A stretch of DNA of 63,129 nucleotides, counting the filler, from Perkinsus chesapeaki ATCC PRA-425 (taxonomy: Eukaryota; Protista; Perkinsozoa): assembly GCA_013115145.1 (NCBI GenBank). It is 13 parts of 13 records of this genome, joined end to end, with 100 filler letters (N's around TTAATTAATTAA, not from the genome) between each part and the next. Parts side by side here need not be neighbours in the genome. Positions count along the whole stretch, not along the records: positions 47,569 to 52,374 come from JAAPAO010001221.1; positions 52,475 to 56,259 come from JAAPAO010001358.1; positions 56,360 to 57,648 come from JAAPAO010002056.1; positions 57,749 to 61,732 come from JAAPAO010001331.1; 9 more parts are not named here. One strand, 5' to 3'. Numbering within the stretch: the stretch's first letter is position 1; every line of letters begins with the position of its first letter. Positions 48,591 through 59,837 of this stretch are shown here, in pieces. The notes under the pieces are model-generated. The model did not search any database. It was given only the letters and a program-made list of their open reading frames with translations, and had not been told where the DNA came from. Both the position numbers and the translations under genes were made by a program.

Positions 48591-49319
48591 TGCAGTCACT
48601 GCATTGCACTGCAATCATTGCAGTGCATTAAATGCACCCACTACAACAACAACTACTACCATCTACCATNNNNNNNNNNNNNNNNNNNNNNNNNNNNNNN
48701 NNNNNNNNNNNNNNNNNNNNNNNNNNNNNNNNNNNNNNNNNNNNNNNNNNNNNNNNNNNNNNNNNNNACTACCATCTACCACATACCATCTACCACCTGC
48801 CACCTACGGTCTACCACTGCCGGTAATAACTAGTCCTGCTGATGCAGTACGTAATCACTATTAGGTACGGCTATTTTTTCCTAAGTCTCACGCTTGAGTG
48901 CGTAACTTATAAGGACAGCCAAGTCGGTTGAGCGGACGCTGTTAGACTATCAGTTTTCACTCCGAGTGTAGTATTTGCGTTAAAAACGTGCGTCAATAGC
49001 CAGACAATTATATTGACTATAATATAGTCTTATCATAAACCTTATCGCCAGAACCATCTTCCACAAATCAACGTGTTGCCTTGGGATGCCTAATCGGACA
49101 AGTTATCCAGGATAACGTAGGAAATTCCTACTAGGAATACTACGGTAGTATCGGCTGGGGGAAGGACCCACGCTAGGCTTGCCACCCCATTTTTTGTGCG
49201 ACACAGATTGTGTCACAGAGCCAAGTTGTCGTAAACTAGCTAATACTATTAACCTAATGTTCTAATGTTATTGTATATCTTTCACCTAGTTTTGAAGATT
49301 TCACTCAAACATATTCGAT

Positions 49320-50372
49320 ATGATATTCGAAAGTCCTACCCGCTATTCGTTGTGTCGTTCTTCAAAGCAGTCACTCCTGATCCTACTCTCTTCGCTCGGT
49401 TCCCGTGGTTGGGTGCCAAATGACCTTCGCGCACTGGTTATGGACTACTTGTTCTTCCGACCGCGCACTCTGGAGTCCACTAGTGGCTGGCAGGCTGTAC
49501 CCGGGCCAGTGGTGGGGCACCGATCGATTCATGCGGACGAGCTCCCTATCTCTAGCGCGGGTGGTGTCTTCCACTTCCTCGACTTCAGCGGAAGCCGAAA
49601 TTTACTACACTATTTCCCTGTCAATAACTTGTGGACCGTCGGTGACATTTTCGTTTTCAGTCGTTTGCGAGACTGGGTGAACGTATATTGGTGTAGAGGA
49701 GTCAAAGGTGAAGTCTGCCGGATTGCGGCTCCGAGAAAATACACGGGTCTCAGGCTGATCCAGGGTAACATTGTCGTTGTTTCCAACAGCGATGTGATGT
49801 TCGAGAGTGCTCACGACAGTGATACCGATAGCCTTGATTCATCGTCTTTACGCACTCTCGTTTACCGCTTGGATTTTTCCGTGTCCGAAGACGCTCCGAC
49901 GTGGAATATCGTTTGGCGGCTTGACTTTGAGGTGGGCGAATTTGACTGCAACTTTGTCAGCAGCGGTGGGCGTGGGCTACCTGTCCCGCAGCTGATCTTC
50001 ACACCTGAGCCGGTGGAAGAATCTGTGATACTTGGGCGCTTGGGCAACAGCGATGATTCCTTCGAGCAAGAGATTTATTTACCAAATAATGGGTTCGTTA
50101 TACAAGGCATTTGCTTCTTATATGACACATATGCATGCGCATTCTGTGTTGCTGATGGTAATCTGGTTGGAATGGTTGTGGACTTATTCACAGAAGGTTT
50201 AATGATAATGACTCCTGTGTACGACTCACATCCTCTAGTTGATTTACATATCTATGACTTGGTCTTGGATGACGATAGTATCTTACTATGCGTAAATACA
50301 GCTGAGGCACCACCTGATGATCTGCGGCCCTTTTATGTGAGGTATTTCAAAATACGTTCGGGTATTCCTTGA
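49320..50372 (+). CDS. Intronless hypothetical protein with F-box-like N-terminal motif
   Basis: VPNDLRALVMDYLF followed by a beta-rich domain, 350 aa. Confidence 0.55.
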   Translation: MIFESPTRYSLCRSSKQSLLILLSSLGSRGWVPNDLRALVMDYLFFRPRTLESTSGWQAVPGPVVGHRSIHADELPISSAGGVFHFLDFSGSRNLLHYFPVNNLWTVGDIFVFSRLRDWVNVYWCRGVKGEVCRIAAPRKYTGLRLIQGNIVVVSNSDVMFESAHDSDTDSLDSSSLRTLVYRLDFSVSEDAPTWNIVWRLDFEVGEFDCNFVSSGGRGLPVPQLIFTPEPVEESVILGRLGNSDDSFEQEIYLPNNGFVIQGICFLYDTYACAFCVADGNLVGMVVDLFTEGLMIMTPVYDSHPLVDLHIYDLVLDDDSILLCVNTAEAPPDDLRPFYVRYFKIRSGIP

Positions 50373-50539
50373 ACTGCCTCGCTTGAAGCGAGTCGCTTCC
50401 TTATTACTTCACTCGCAATTAGCAAATCGAAATCCGATTATCGAATTCTTGCGTTGTGATTATTGATGACACTTAGCTCAAGGCACTTAAGTGTTGTGAT
50501 GACTGGGATATTCAGTTTGCGCGGACAACTTTTTGAAAC

Positions 50540-52374
50540 ATGGCTTCGTCAAACGACCCCCAAATAAAGTTTATGCAAGGATACAAGCAGGAAACAACGG
50601 TCCTCGAGGCTGATGGCTACATCTACCACCGTCACGTCGTTGATAGAACTTCTGTACGGAATACGACTTACTGGAGATGCAAAGGGCGGCGCGGCAGTAA
50701 AGAGTTTCCCCCTTGCCGTGCGAGACTGAAGATAACTGGCGATTTAAGCGGTCCCTTGAGAGACCTGATCATTGTTAAAACTGGAGCCCACGTTTGCGCT
50801 CCCGATGCCGCATATCGCCACGTTTCACAGCGCATGAATGCCAATGCAGAAAGGCTGAGATATGGCGATAAAGCCCACGATGCGTATAGCCGAGAGCTGG
50901 CTACGTCTTCCGCAACCGAGGTGCAACAGCTCGGAAAGAGGAAAAGCCGAGCGATAACTGAGCGATTGCGGCGTCGTAAAAACGCGAAGCTGAATATACC
51001 AAAAGCGCCCACAAGCAATACCGGCTTTGAGATAGATGGCGCATTTCGAAGCTATGACTTCGGTGGTGAGTCCTATAGAACACTCATGTATGACTCAGGG
51101 CCTAATGACCCCAATCGGTTAGTTTTGTGGATTGATGATAATATTCTAAATACTATAACAGTGAACGGCACCGTCCCGCTCGACATCTGTATGGACGGCA
51201 CTTTCAAATGCCGAGTGCAACATTTTGCGCAAATGTACGTCGTCTTGGCAAGACACACTAGCGGTTGCTTCTGTCCTCTCATCTTTAGTGTGACATCCAA
51301 CCGTACAATTGAGACATATATTCGTTTGCTGAATGCTATTAAAGCTCGTCTTAGTGAAAAATATAAAGTCCGGTCGTGTATGATCGACTTCGAGCCTGCA
51401 ATGATCCGTGCATTCACTACGGTGTACAAAAACTGTATCCTTAAGCTATGTTACTTCCATCTGTCCCGTAACTTTTTCAAACCGTTCAAGTCGCTTCCCC
51501 AGTCCTGTATCGAGAGTTACTATCGCTTGATGACTCTTCCATTCGTTCCGATTCGTTTATTACCTTCTGCTTTACTAGCCGCCGTCAGAGGGCTTCCTGC
51601 AGATGCTCGAAAGCGTATTACAACATATGTCTTCAGTAAATACATTAACGGATCTATTTTTCGACCAGAGTTTTGGAATATGAGAGACCGTTGCCGTGGA
51701 AAAGAAGTGGAAGGCTTCACACTTCCTCGGTCAAATAATTGGGTGGAAGGCTTCAATCACGCGTGGAACTCGCGATTCAATTCGCCACATCCGTCGATAT
51801 ACATTTGGATTATGTGCTTGCATGACGTGTATCGCGAAACGCGGTTAAATGTCGCAAGGCTCGATGTGGATGGTTTTTACAGCAGGAACGCAAAGAGTAT
51901 CGACGATGACTGTCTGCTCCAGCAACTCTGTGAGAAAGAGATAGAGGCCGGGAGGATCGAAGAATGGATGGTGGAAGCCGTTAAAATAATGAGGCGAATT
52001 GTACCGACTCCTGAAGATCTCGAAGGGGCTGAGTTCCAAAGCCAATCGACAGCAGCCTTTTGCGGTGTTAGTTCCGAAAGGTGTGAAGCTCCAGAAGGGG
52101 AAAGCTCTGGGGACGGGGCTCCAGCAGACAGGTCCACAAATGGGGATGCCACGTGTGACGTGCGTGAAACTTTAGCGGGAGCATGCGCAGAGGCTCAAGG
52201 TGAAAGCTCTCGACCGAGTTCTGCTATCTGGGTGTCTTACAATTCGCGCCACGGGCGAACCCTGAGCATGACCGAAGAAGATCATCATGAGTTGATAAGG
52301 CCGGGCGAGTTCGTTTCCGACACAACGGTCGATTTGTGGGTAGAGGAGATTTGTTCGCAATGCTCTATCAGTCC
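50540..52374 (+). mobile_element. Mutator-like (MULE) transposase with FLYWCH-like domain, 3' truncated
   Basis: DGYIYH...TYWRC (FLYWCH-like), CMDGTFK, PLIFSV, MIDFEPAMIRAF, CYFHL and NNWVEGFNH. Confidence 0.92.
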
Positions 52375-52810
52375 NNNNNNNNNNNNNNNNNNNNNNNNNN
52401 NNNNNNNNNNNNNNNNNNTTAATTAATTAANNNNNNNNNNNNNNNNNNNNNNNNNNNNNNNNNNNNNNNNNNNNAGCGAGGAAAGTGACAATCATCGGTA
52501 GTATATACTGGGAGTGACGTTATCGGGTTTGATAGGGAAGCCCTACCACTGAGAATAGTTAAAAGCATTTCATTTGTGTATCAATAAATGATGTGTTTTG
52601 TAACGAGTCCCACGAACCGACGATTACCGATGTGGTGAAAATCCTCCGGAATTCGGTGAGGTTGTATACGATTTTCAGAGCGTTGTCGGGCTCGAGTGAT
52701 ATTATTACAAATGTGTAAGTAGTTATTCTCAGCACGACGGATGGAGGTCCTCAAGGAAGCGTTGAAGGAAGTGAAACGAATAAACTCCGATTGCGACGTC
52801 GCAATTATCA

Positions 52811-53700
52811 GTTGTGACATTACAGACCCTCAGAAAGTTGATGAGATGTAGTGAATCATTTTCAACAGCAAACTTCCACAATAGAAGACAGGTTCGAGAA
52901 GGAGCTCGTTGCCGACTCGATAGACTGGCTGCTCAACTGCGCTGGAATGTCATTACCTGGACTAGCAGAAGAGACTTCGATAAAGGATATCATGTCGGAA
53001 CTCAACTTGAACTATCTAGGTGAGTAGTAGGTAATTATCGGAATACAGTCTCTCTCCTACTAGGTGAGACTCTACGGTGCGCGGATATCCTTGGATTCCG
53101 ACCTCGTCTGCCTCAGGTTCAGTTTTTATGGCTAGGAAGGTTCTACCATCAATGAAAACGAAAGGCCGTGGTCGAATCGCTTTTGTGAGCAGTCAGGCTG
53201 CCCAGATAGGCGTCTACGGCTATGCCAGGTGATACTGAAGTACGCCTCACCTCAACATTATCTGTTGTAGTTACTCTGCTTCAAAGTTCGCCATTCGCGG
53301 GTATGCAGAGACTCTACGGCAGGAAACTGAAGTTCACAATGTGCAAGTAAACGATTGGTGGAAAAGTTGGGTTACTTGGAATATCTCGTGTTGTTCAGGT
53401 TTGTATTATTTACCCGCCGGACACCAAGACTCCAGGTTTTGATCACGAGAACACCAGAAAGCCCGAGATCACTCAGTTGATATCGCAGACAAGCGGTCTT
53501 ATGGATCCAGATACCGTTGGCAAGGCGGCTCTCAGTGGAGTAGGCAAATTGGTTGTTTTGTTACTTTTGGAGCTGCCTCTTTTCAGGTCTGCCGAGGCGA
53601 TCTTAACATTTGGTGCGGGCTTGAAGGATTCGGGTTGTCACAAATATCAGCTGGTAGCTTGCATGGCCGATTTCCCCGTTGCCAGCTTTGTAGTACCGCG
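52811..53700 (+). CDS. KDSR: 3-ketodihydrosphingosine reductase-like SDR, multi-exon, partial
   Basis: Spliced exons give [51 protein letters not shown] (YxxxK) and YPPDTKTPGFDHEN..KPEIT. Confidence 0.85.
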
Positions 53701-54741
53701 GTAGTGTGTCAGGTATGACCCCTCCTAATTCGTTGCTTCATGGAGTCTTCCAAGTTTTGTCCGCGAGTTTGCTTAAGCTCATATCATTCTTCGTTGTTAT
53801 GCAGTTAGACTGGGTTGTGAAGAGTAACGAGAATAAGCCTTACAAGCGAGCAGGCAGCAGCAGCAGGAAGCAGGACTAGTCTCATAGGCCTCGTTTTGTT
53901 CAGTTGCTCACTTACATTTTCCTCGTGATAATTGCCTGCGTATTATTGTTTGTGTAGTTAATTCGGCATCGACCTATCGAACTTAAATGATTACTTTCGG
54001 CATTCACTGGGGTAAGAAGGAGGTATCAGCAAAGTTGAGTATAGGCATGTTGGATTTGGATGAACACTTTAATAATCATGTCCATATTATATTTTAGTAT
54101 TATGCCGAAGTCATTGGTATAAGAATCTTATAAGCGTTCGACTAACGTAACTCCTCGGCACAAAGGGTTAACAGCAGTATCATTATGAGATATAAAGCTC
54201 AACGACATTTAACCTGCATACTGGCACTATGTGTATTAACATCGTTTTTTGGGGCTTCTGGCTGCTTGAGCTTTACCTCAAGTGTTTCACTTAGAGTCGC
54301 TCTCTCACTTGTAGTGGGGCTTGCTAACCGAAAGACTAACGGGCTGGTTAACGGGACGTCTGGTATAACCGCCCCCATTACAGGCCTCTCGGTGCAAGCA
54401 GTACATTGTGGGGAATCACGCGTCTGTCGCCATGATTCAATTGCACGGAGCCAATCTCGCTGGTGAAAATGAAGGCCTTTCGAATGATTGATTGATTCAT
54501 GTTAAAGTCAAGTGATGTTGAGTCATGTTATATTATCCAAGTTCTATCCCGTGCGTGTTCATTGTAGGTTCAAAAGCTCGTTGATATGTCACTACGATAA
54601 TTCAACATCAATACATCTTGATCGAAAAGATTGTTCTTTTGATTTACGGCGCACCTCTGGAAAGTGAATGGCGCAGATAATTGATAATACTAACCAGGTA
54701 GAATATAGTGTTATCGCATAACTAATGTTCCATCTTCACAT

Positions 54742-55344
54742 TTACCTTTCATCACGCACTCCTTCTTCTAAAGCTCTATGCTTGTCCCCAGGTGGATGAA
54801 AGTGGTCCGGGTAGGCGCAGGAGTAGGCTATCCACCTCAGGTAGTCTTCTCCAGGGGCAGGATGTGATGGGCTGTATTCTTGTTCGAGGGTGGCGATCTC
54901 GGGGGCCAATGATGGGATATGTAAGATATAATCATCATCGTCATCAGGCGCAGTGTTCCATTCCATCGCGTTGGCTGGAAGCGCACCGACATACTCGAAT
55001 GTTCCAATGTCGTAGTGGTCTAAGAGAGTAGTCAAAGATCCCATACTTGGCGGTTGTTCTATGTCGTTGGACGTGACAGAAACAACTTGTGTCCAATCTA
55101 GTATGATCCGTCGGTTCTGGGTGTCTAGTGTGTACGGTACGATAACCGAGATAGTAACCTGAGATGATTGTATCGTCCAAACCACGTCTTGCTCACGTTC
55201 AGGGAAGTTAACCGTGACAACCCATTGTGATTGCTGCCCCGGACGGTTAACAGTACCAAGTATTCTGAAGAATCGCCCCTCAAAGGGACTTTGAGCAATA
55301 GAGTAGCTCAGAATTGTAGAAAGGATAAGAAGTAATAGTTTCAT
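54742..55344 (-). CDS. Secreted hypothetical protein
   Basis: Signal-peptide-like MKLLLLILSTILSYSIAQ, 200-aa intronless ORF. Confidence 0.7.
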   Translation of the reverse strand: MKLLLLILSTILSYSIAQSPFEGRFFRILGTVNRPGQQSQWVVTVNFPEREQDVVWTIQSSQVTISVIVPYTLDTQNRRIILDWTQVVSVTSNDIEQPPSMGSLTTLLDHYDIGTFEYVGALPANAMEWNTAPDDDDDYILHIPSLAPEIATLEQEYSPSHPAPGEDYLRWIAYSCAYPDHFHPPGDKHRALEEGVRDER

Positions 55345-58300
55345 TGTATGTAGGGTGGTGTAAGTTGATGAGCTCTAGAAGAGATGATAGGAGTCGCTGC
55401 TCAAATGGATAATAACTGAGTAACAAAAACGAGTTAGAAATCATGCCCATTGTCACACAATTCTTATTGCCAGGAAATTGAGTTCCAACTAATATTCGCC
55501 AGTTAGCGCTGAGCACGCGTGATTGACGAGCTATGAGAATCGTAAGGGTGGAGAGTCTTCACTGAAGACGTTCCGTAGAGATGTGGAATTGGATCGAAAC
55601 AGGATGCTAAGATAGCTTCAGTAGAAGTCCCGTCATGGGTGGCTTATGGACGAACATTCTATGACGTTGTTTTGCATACATGGATTGCTAATCTCTCAAG
55701 ACCGTGAGGCTTCCGTAAGTAGTGGGGGCTCGAGATGGCGACGCGCGCATGCAGGAAGCCCCTGACCATTGATCGCGCGTCTCTCTTGGAGATCATCGTC
55801 GAATTTAGCCCATGTCATTTGATCTAATGCCCACTGCATTAGCAGGTTCCGATGTTAAGTTAAACTTTGATGTGGGTCGTGGGAGATTCATAACAACCGG
55901 TAAAGAATCTTTACCTTGTCACAAAGCTAAGAATCGCGTATAGCTTAGAGTCTAGGCATTGGAACCATTTCAAGGTATGTCATATCATGTGTGTTCTGGT
56001 ATATCGTCCGACTCGAGCGGCCCGAGTGTTCGGAGTCGCAACAATCTCAAGGGCTTTCCCTGCGGTTTGCACGCATTGTTTTCCGCGTCGATTCACGTAC
56101 AGATTTATGGGTGCCTTTTGCGAGGGAAATTTCAAGTACGGCGACCGGCGAATCCCCTCGGACATCCTTCTGGGTTACATCTGGTTCGCAGCGGAGATGG
56201 CATGCTACTAGCTGCCCCATGTAGTGGTGAAGTGATGTTCTTTGTCACTCATTGAGTCCNNNNNNNNNNNNNNNNNNNNNNNNNNNNNNNNNNNNNNNNN
56301 NNNTTAATTAATTAANNNNNNNNNNNNNNNNNNNNNNNNNNNNNNNNNNNNNNNNNNNNCCACTGTGATGCTGCGGCCGCAGAGTGCAGCTGAAAGATGA
56401 TCTTCCATCGTCAATATCCTTTATCCCTCCAGCTAGCCTTATTTGTAGTACGCATATATGTGCGCAGTGTAGACTCTGCGCACAAATCGGTCTTGTCTGG
56501 CGAGGTGCACCCGTGAATATTCACGTTGCTCTGCTGTTCTAGCTGCGCGCGGGAGCGTCGCGTATGGGTATTGGCTAAGTGTGCCTCGAGCTTAAGTCTT
56601 AAGACTCGCTCAAGCTTCTTGGGAACAAGAAGCCTCTACGCACTAGTTCGTTTGAGGCCCTCACGGTTGTGTTACCTGGGCCTGCCGTCGTTCACCGACT
56701 TTGAGTCGACGTAGCGATTACGAATCCTTCCGATCACAGTGCTTTGGCCTTTTCATGAAGCAAGCATTCCTCATTGTCATTCTCTCCCTGCTTCTCGCCG
56801 AGTGCAGCGGATTCCTTGGAGATGAAGGTGGGCATAGAATTGAATAATGACGATGGGATTGTTCTCGTACTTGCCCAGACTGTACCATGTTAGAGCAAAT
56901 CACAGCTTTGGATCGCTACTATACATGCATGTCGCTCCTGTGTTCCTCAGATCCTTATGGCGACCCCAAGGGACATTGTGTCTTCGACTTTGACACAGGA
57001 ATGGTCAACAACTGTACATGCCCAACCGGGGAGATCCCTTTGACCGAGGGAGTAAGCACGTTACCCTCGGTCCGTTATATCAGTAAATCTCCTGTGACAG
57101 GACAACCAGCAAATTTGTGGCCCCTCCCCTTGCGATACCGACTCTGATTGCCCACCTCCACCCGAAGGTGTCACAGCTGTACCTGAGTGCCTTGCCGCTC
57201 GCATGCCGACGGCTTGTCAGCTGAGCTGCACGAGCCAGGAAGTAGGACAATACATCACCATTTCGGTCGCTCACACCTTTCTTGATTTTGATAGGATTGT
57301 GGAAGCGAGGCTATTTGTACTAATGGTGGATCGTGCAGCTATATCCACTGATACCGTGTGTGGGGAATCCATGCATCCACAGCTCCAGAAGATTCTGGCA
57401 TTGTACATTCTCTCAAGGTTGCATACGAACAATGCTACCGTGTGAAAGCCAATTATTGATTAGGTACAATACATACTGTGGTTCGCATTGGTCGGTGATA
57501 TTACAAACTTCATTACATGCCTTTCATTGAAGAGTCAGGGATATATCGTTTGGATTTTATTGTACGAGGCTTCGTGTCGCAAACTATCGCAGCTTTATAG
57601 GGTGGATTATTTAACCAGTATCCACCGTGAATCTTATGTTCACTATAGNNNNNNNNNNNNNNNNNNNNNNNNNNNNNNNNNNNNNNNNNNNNTTAATTAA
57701 TTAANNNNNNNNNNNNNNNNNNNNNNNNNNNNNNNNNNNNNNNNNNNNACGGACGGACGGACGGACGCACGTACACGAACGACCGCGCACTGCAAAATAA
57801 GCTCCGCTCGCTCCGCAATTTCAACCTGAGTTAAATCGAGGTCTCGATTTCACTTTTAGTGCACTTTCAGCAATCATCTATTAAAATTATTCGGAGGGGC
57901 TGGAAACTTCTGATCTTCCGTACGTATATCAGCTGCCGATACGGTCTCAATCCTTATACATTGTACCGGCCTCTAGCAGTTTGATGTTCGAGCCAAACTG
58001 GCCTTCGCTCGTCCATATGGAACGCTGTTGGTACTCTATTAGTTGTGTATATTTGATCCTGATATTATATAACTGATATGATATACTTGGTCCTAGATAT
58101 TGTTATACCCTTTTCAGGCAAGCCGGCTTGTACTACTTAGTGTGTCTTCTCGACTACCAGGGCTTTATTCGGTAGAGCACCATCGGTACGCCAACTTTGA
58201 GGGAAGGTTCTATGATATTGATGAATCCATGTGCAGAACTGCAATTCTACATGAGCGTATTGTTGGTTGTTTTAAACATCATTCACGTGCATGTACTGTT

Positions 58301-58476
58301 AATCTCGTTAATTTCCCGGCCCGTGCCACCTTGAGTTTCTAGTAGTACGGAACGACAATAGAGATGCTGTGTCTGGGATAACGGAAAGCATGCCCCGGCA
58401 ACGTCGTACGATAGGACACCGTATATCGATCTTACCGTTAAAGTAGGATAATGTTTTATCGCATCTTATCCTCAAG

Positions 58477-59700
58477 TTGTTATTGTTGTTGTTGTAGCCT
58501 AAACCACAGTTGTTATTGTTGTAGTAGCCTAAACCACAGTTGTTGTTGCTGTTGTAGTAGCCCAAACCACAGTTGTTGTTGCTGTTGTAGTAGCCCAAAC
58601 CACAGTTGTTATTGTTATAGTAGCCCAATCACAGTTGTTATTGTCTTAGTAGCCCAAACCACAGTCGTTGTTGTTGTTGTAGCCCAACCACAGTTGTTAT
58701 TGTTGTAGTAGCCCAAACCACAGTTGTTATTGTTGTAGTAGCCTAAACCAAAGTTGTTATTGTTGTAGCCCAAACCACAGCTGTTATTGTTGTAGTAGCC
58801 TAAACCACAGTTGTTATTGTTGTAGTAGCCCAAACCAAANNNNNNNNNNNNNNNNNNNNNNNNNNNNNNNNNNNNNNNNNNNNNNNNNNNNNNNNNNNNN
58901 NNNNNNNNNNNNNNNNNNNNNNNNNNNNNNNNNNNNTCAGTTGTTATTGTTGTAGTAGCCTAAACCACAGTTGTTATTGTTGTAGTAGCCTAAACCACAG
59001 TTGTTATTGTTGTAGGAGCCTAAACCACAGTTGTTATTGTCGTAGTAGCCCAAACCACAGTTGTTATTGTTGTAGTAGCCTAAACCACAGTTGTTATTGT
59101 CGTAGTAGCCTAAACCAAAGTTGTTATTGTTGTAGCCCAAACCACAGTTGTTATTGTTATAGTAGCCCAATCACAGTTGTTATTGATGTAGTAGCCCGTA
59201 CCACAGTTGTTACTGTTGAAGCCCAAACCACAGTTGTTATTGTTGTAGCCCAAACCACAGTTGTTATTGTTGTAGTAGCCTAAACCACAGTTGTTATTGT
59301 TGTAGCCCAAACCACAGTTATTATTGTTGTAGTAGCCTAAACCACCGTTGTTACTGTTGTAGTAGCCCGAACCACAGTTGTTATTGTTGTAGTAGCCTAA
59401 ACCACAGTTGTTATTGTTGTAGTAGCCTAAACCACAGTTGTTATTGTCGTAGTAGCCCAAACCACAGTTGTTATTGTTGTAGCCTAAACCACAGTTGTTG
59501 TTGTTGTAGCCCAAACCACAGTTATTATTGTTGTAGTAGCCTAAACCACAGTTGATATTGTTGTAGTAGCCTAAACCACAGTTGTTATTGTTGTAGCCCA
59601 AACCACAGCTGTTATTGTTGTAGTAGTCCAAACCACAGTTGTTATTGTCGTAGTAGGCTACTACTAGTAGCCCAAACCACAGTTGTTATTGTTGAAGTAG
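58477..59700. repeat. About 1.2-kb minisatellite, 30-nt unit (GTAGTAGCCTAAACCACAGTTGTTATTGTT) with 27-nt variants
   Basis: Roughly 40 tandem units across a scaffold gap. The minus frame reads GYYNNNNCGL. Confidence 0.93.
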
Positions 59701-59837
59701 TAACTTACGTTTGCTCACTTGTTGTAGGCTAAAACTTCGCTGTCACCACCAATGTTAATTTGTTGTTGTTAATGAGTGTGTTGTGCTGTTAATTAAATGA
59801 ATCCGAATCTGCGGGCTTCATTGTCAGTCGGCCCCAC

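Noticed and set aside
50476-50482. GCTCAAG upstream of the MULE ATG (also at 37754-37760)
   Set aside because: A 7-mer is expected many times by chance.
58477-59700. CRISPR-like or telomeric array
   Set aside because: Units are head-to-tail with no unique spacers, and CCTAAA is embedded in a 30-mer rather than forming (CCCTAAA)n.
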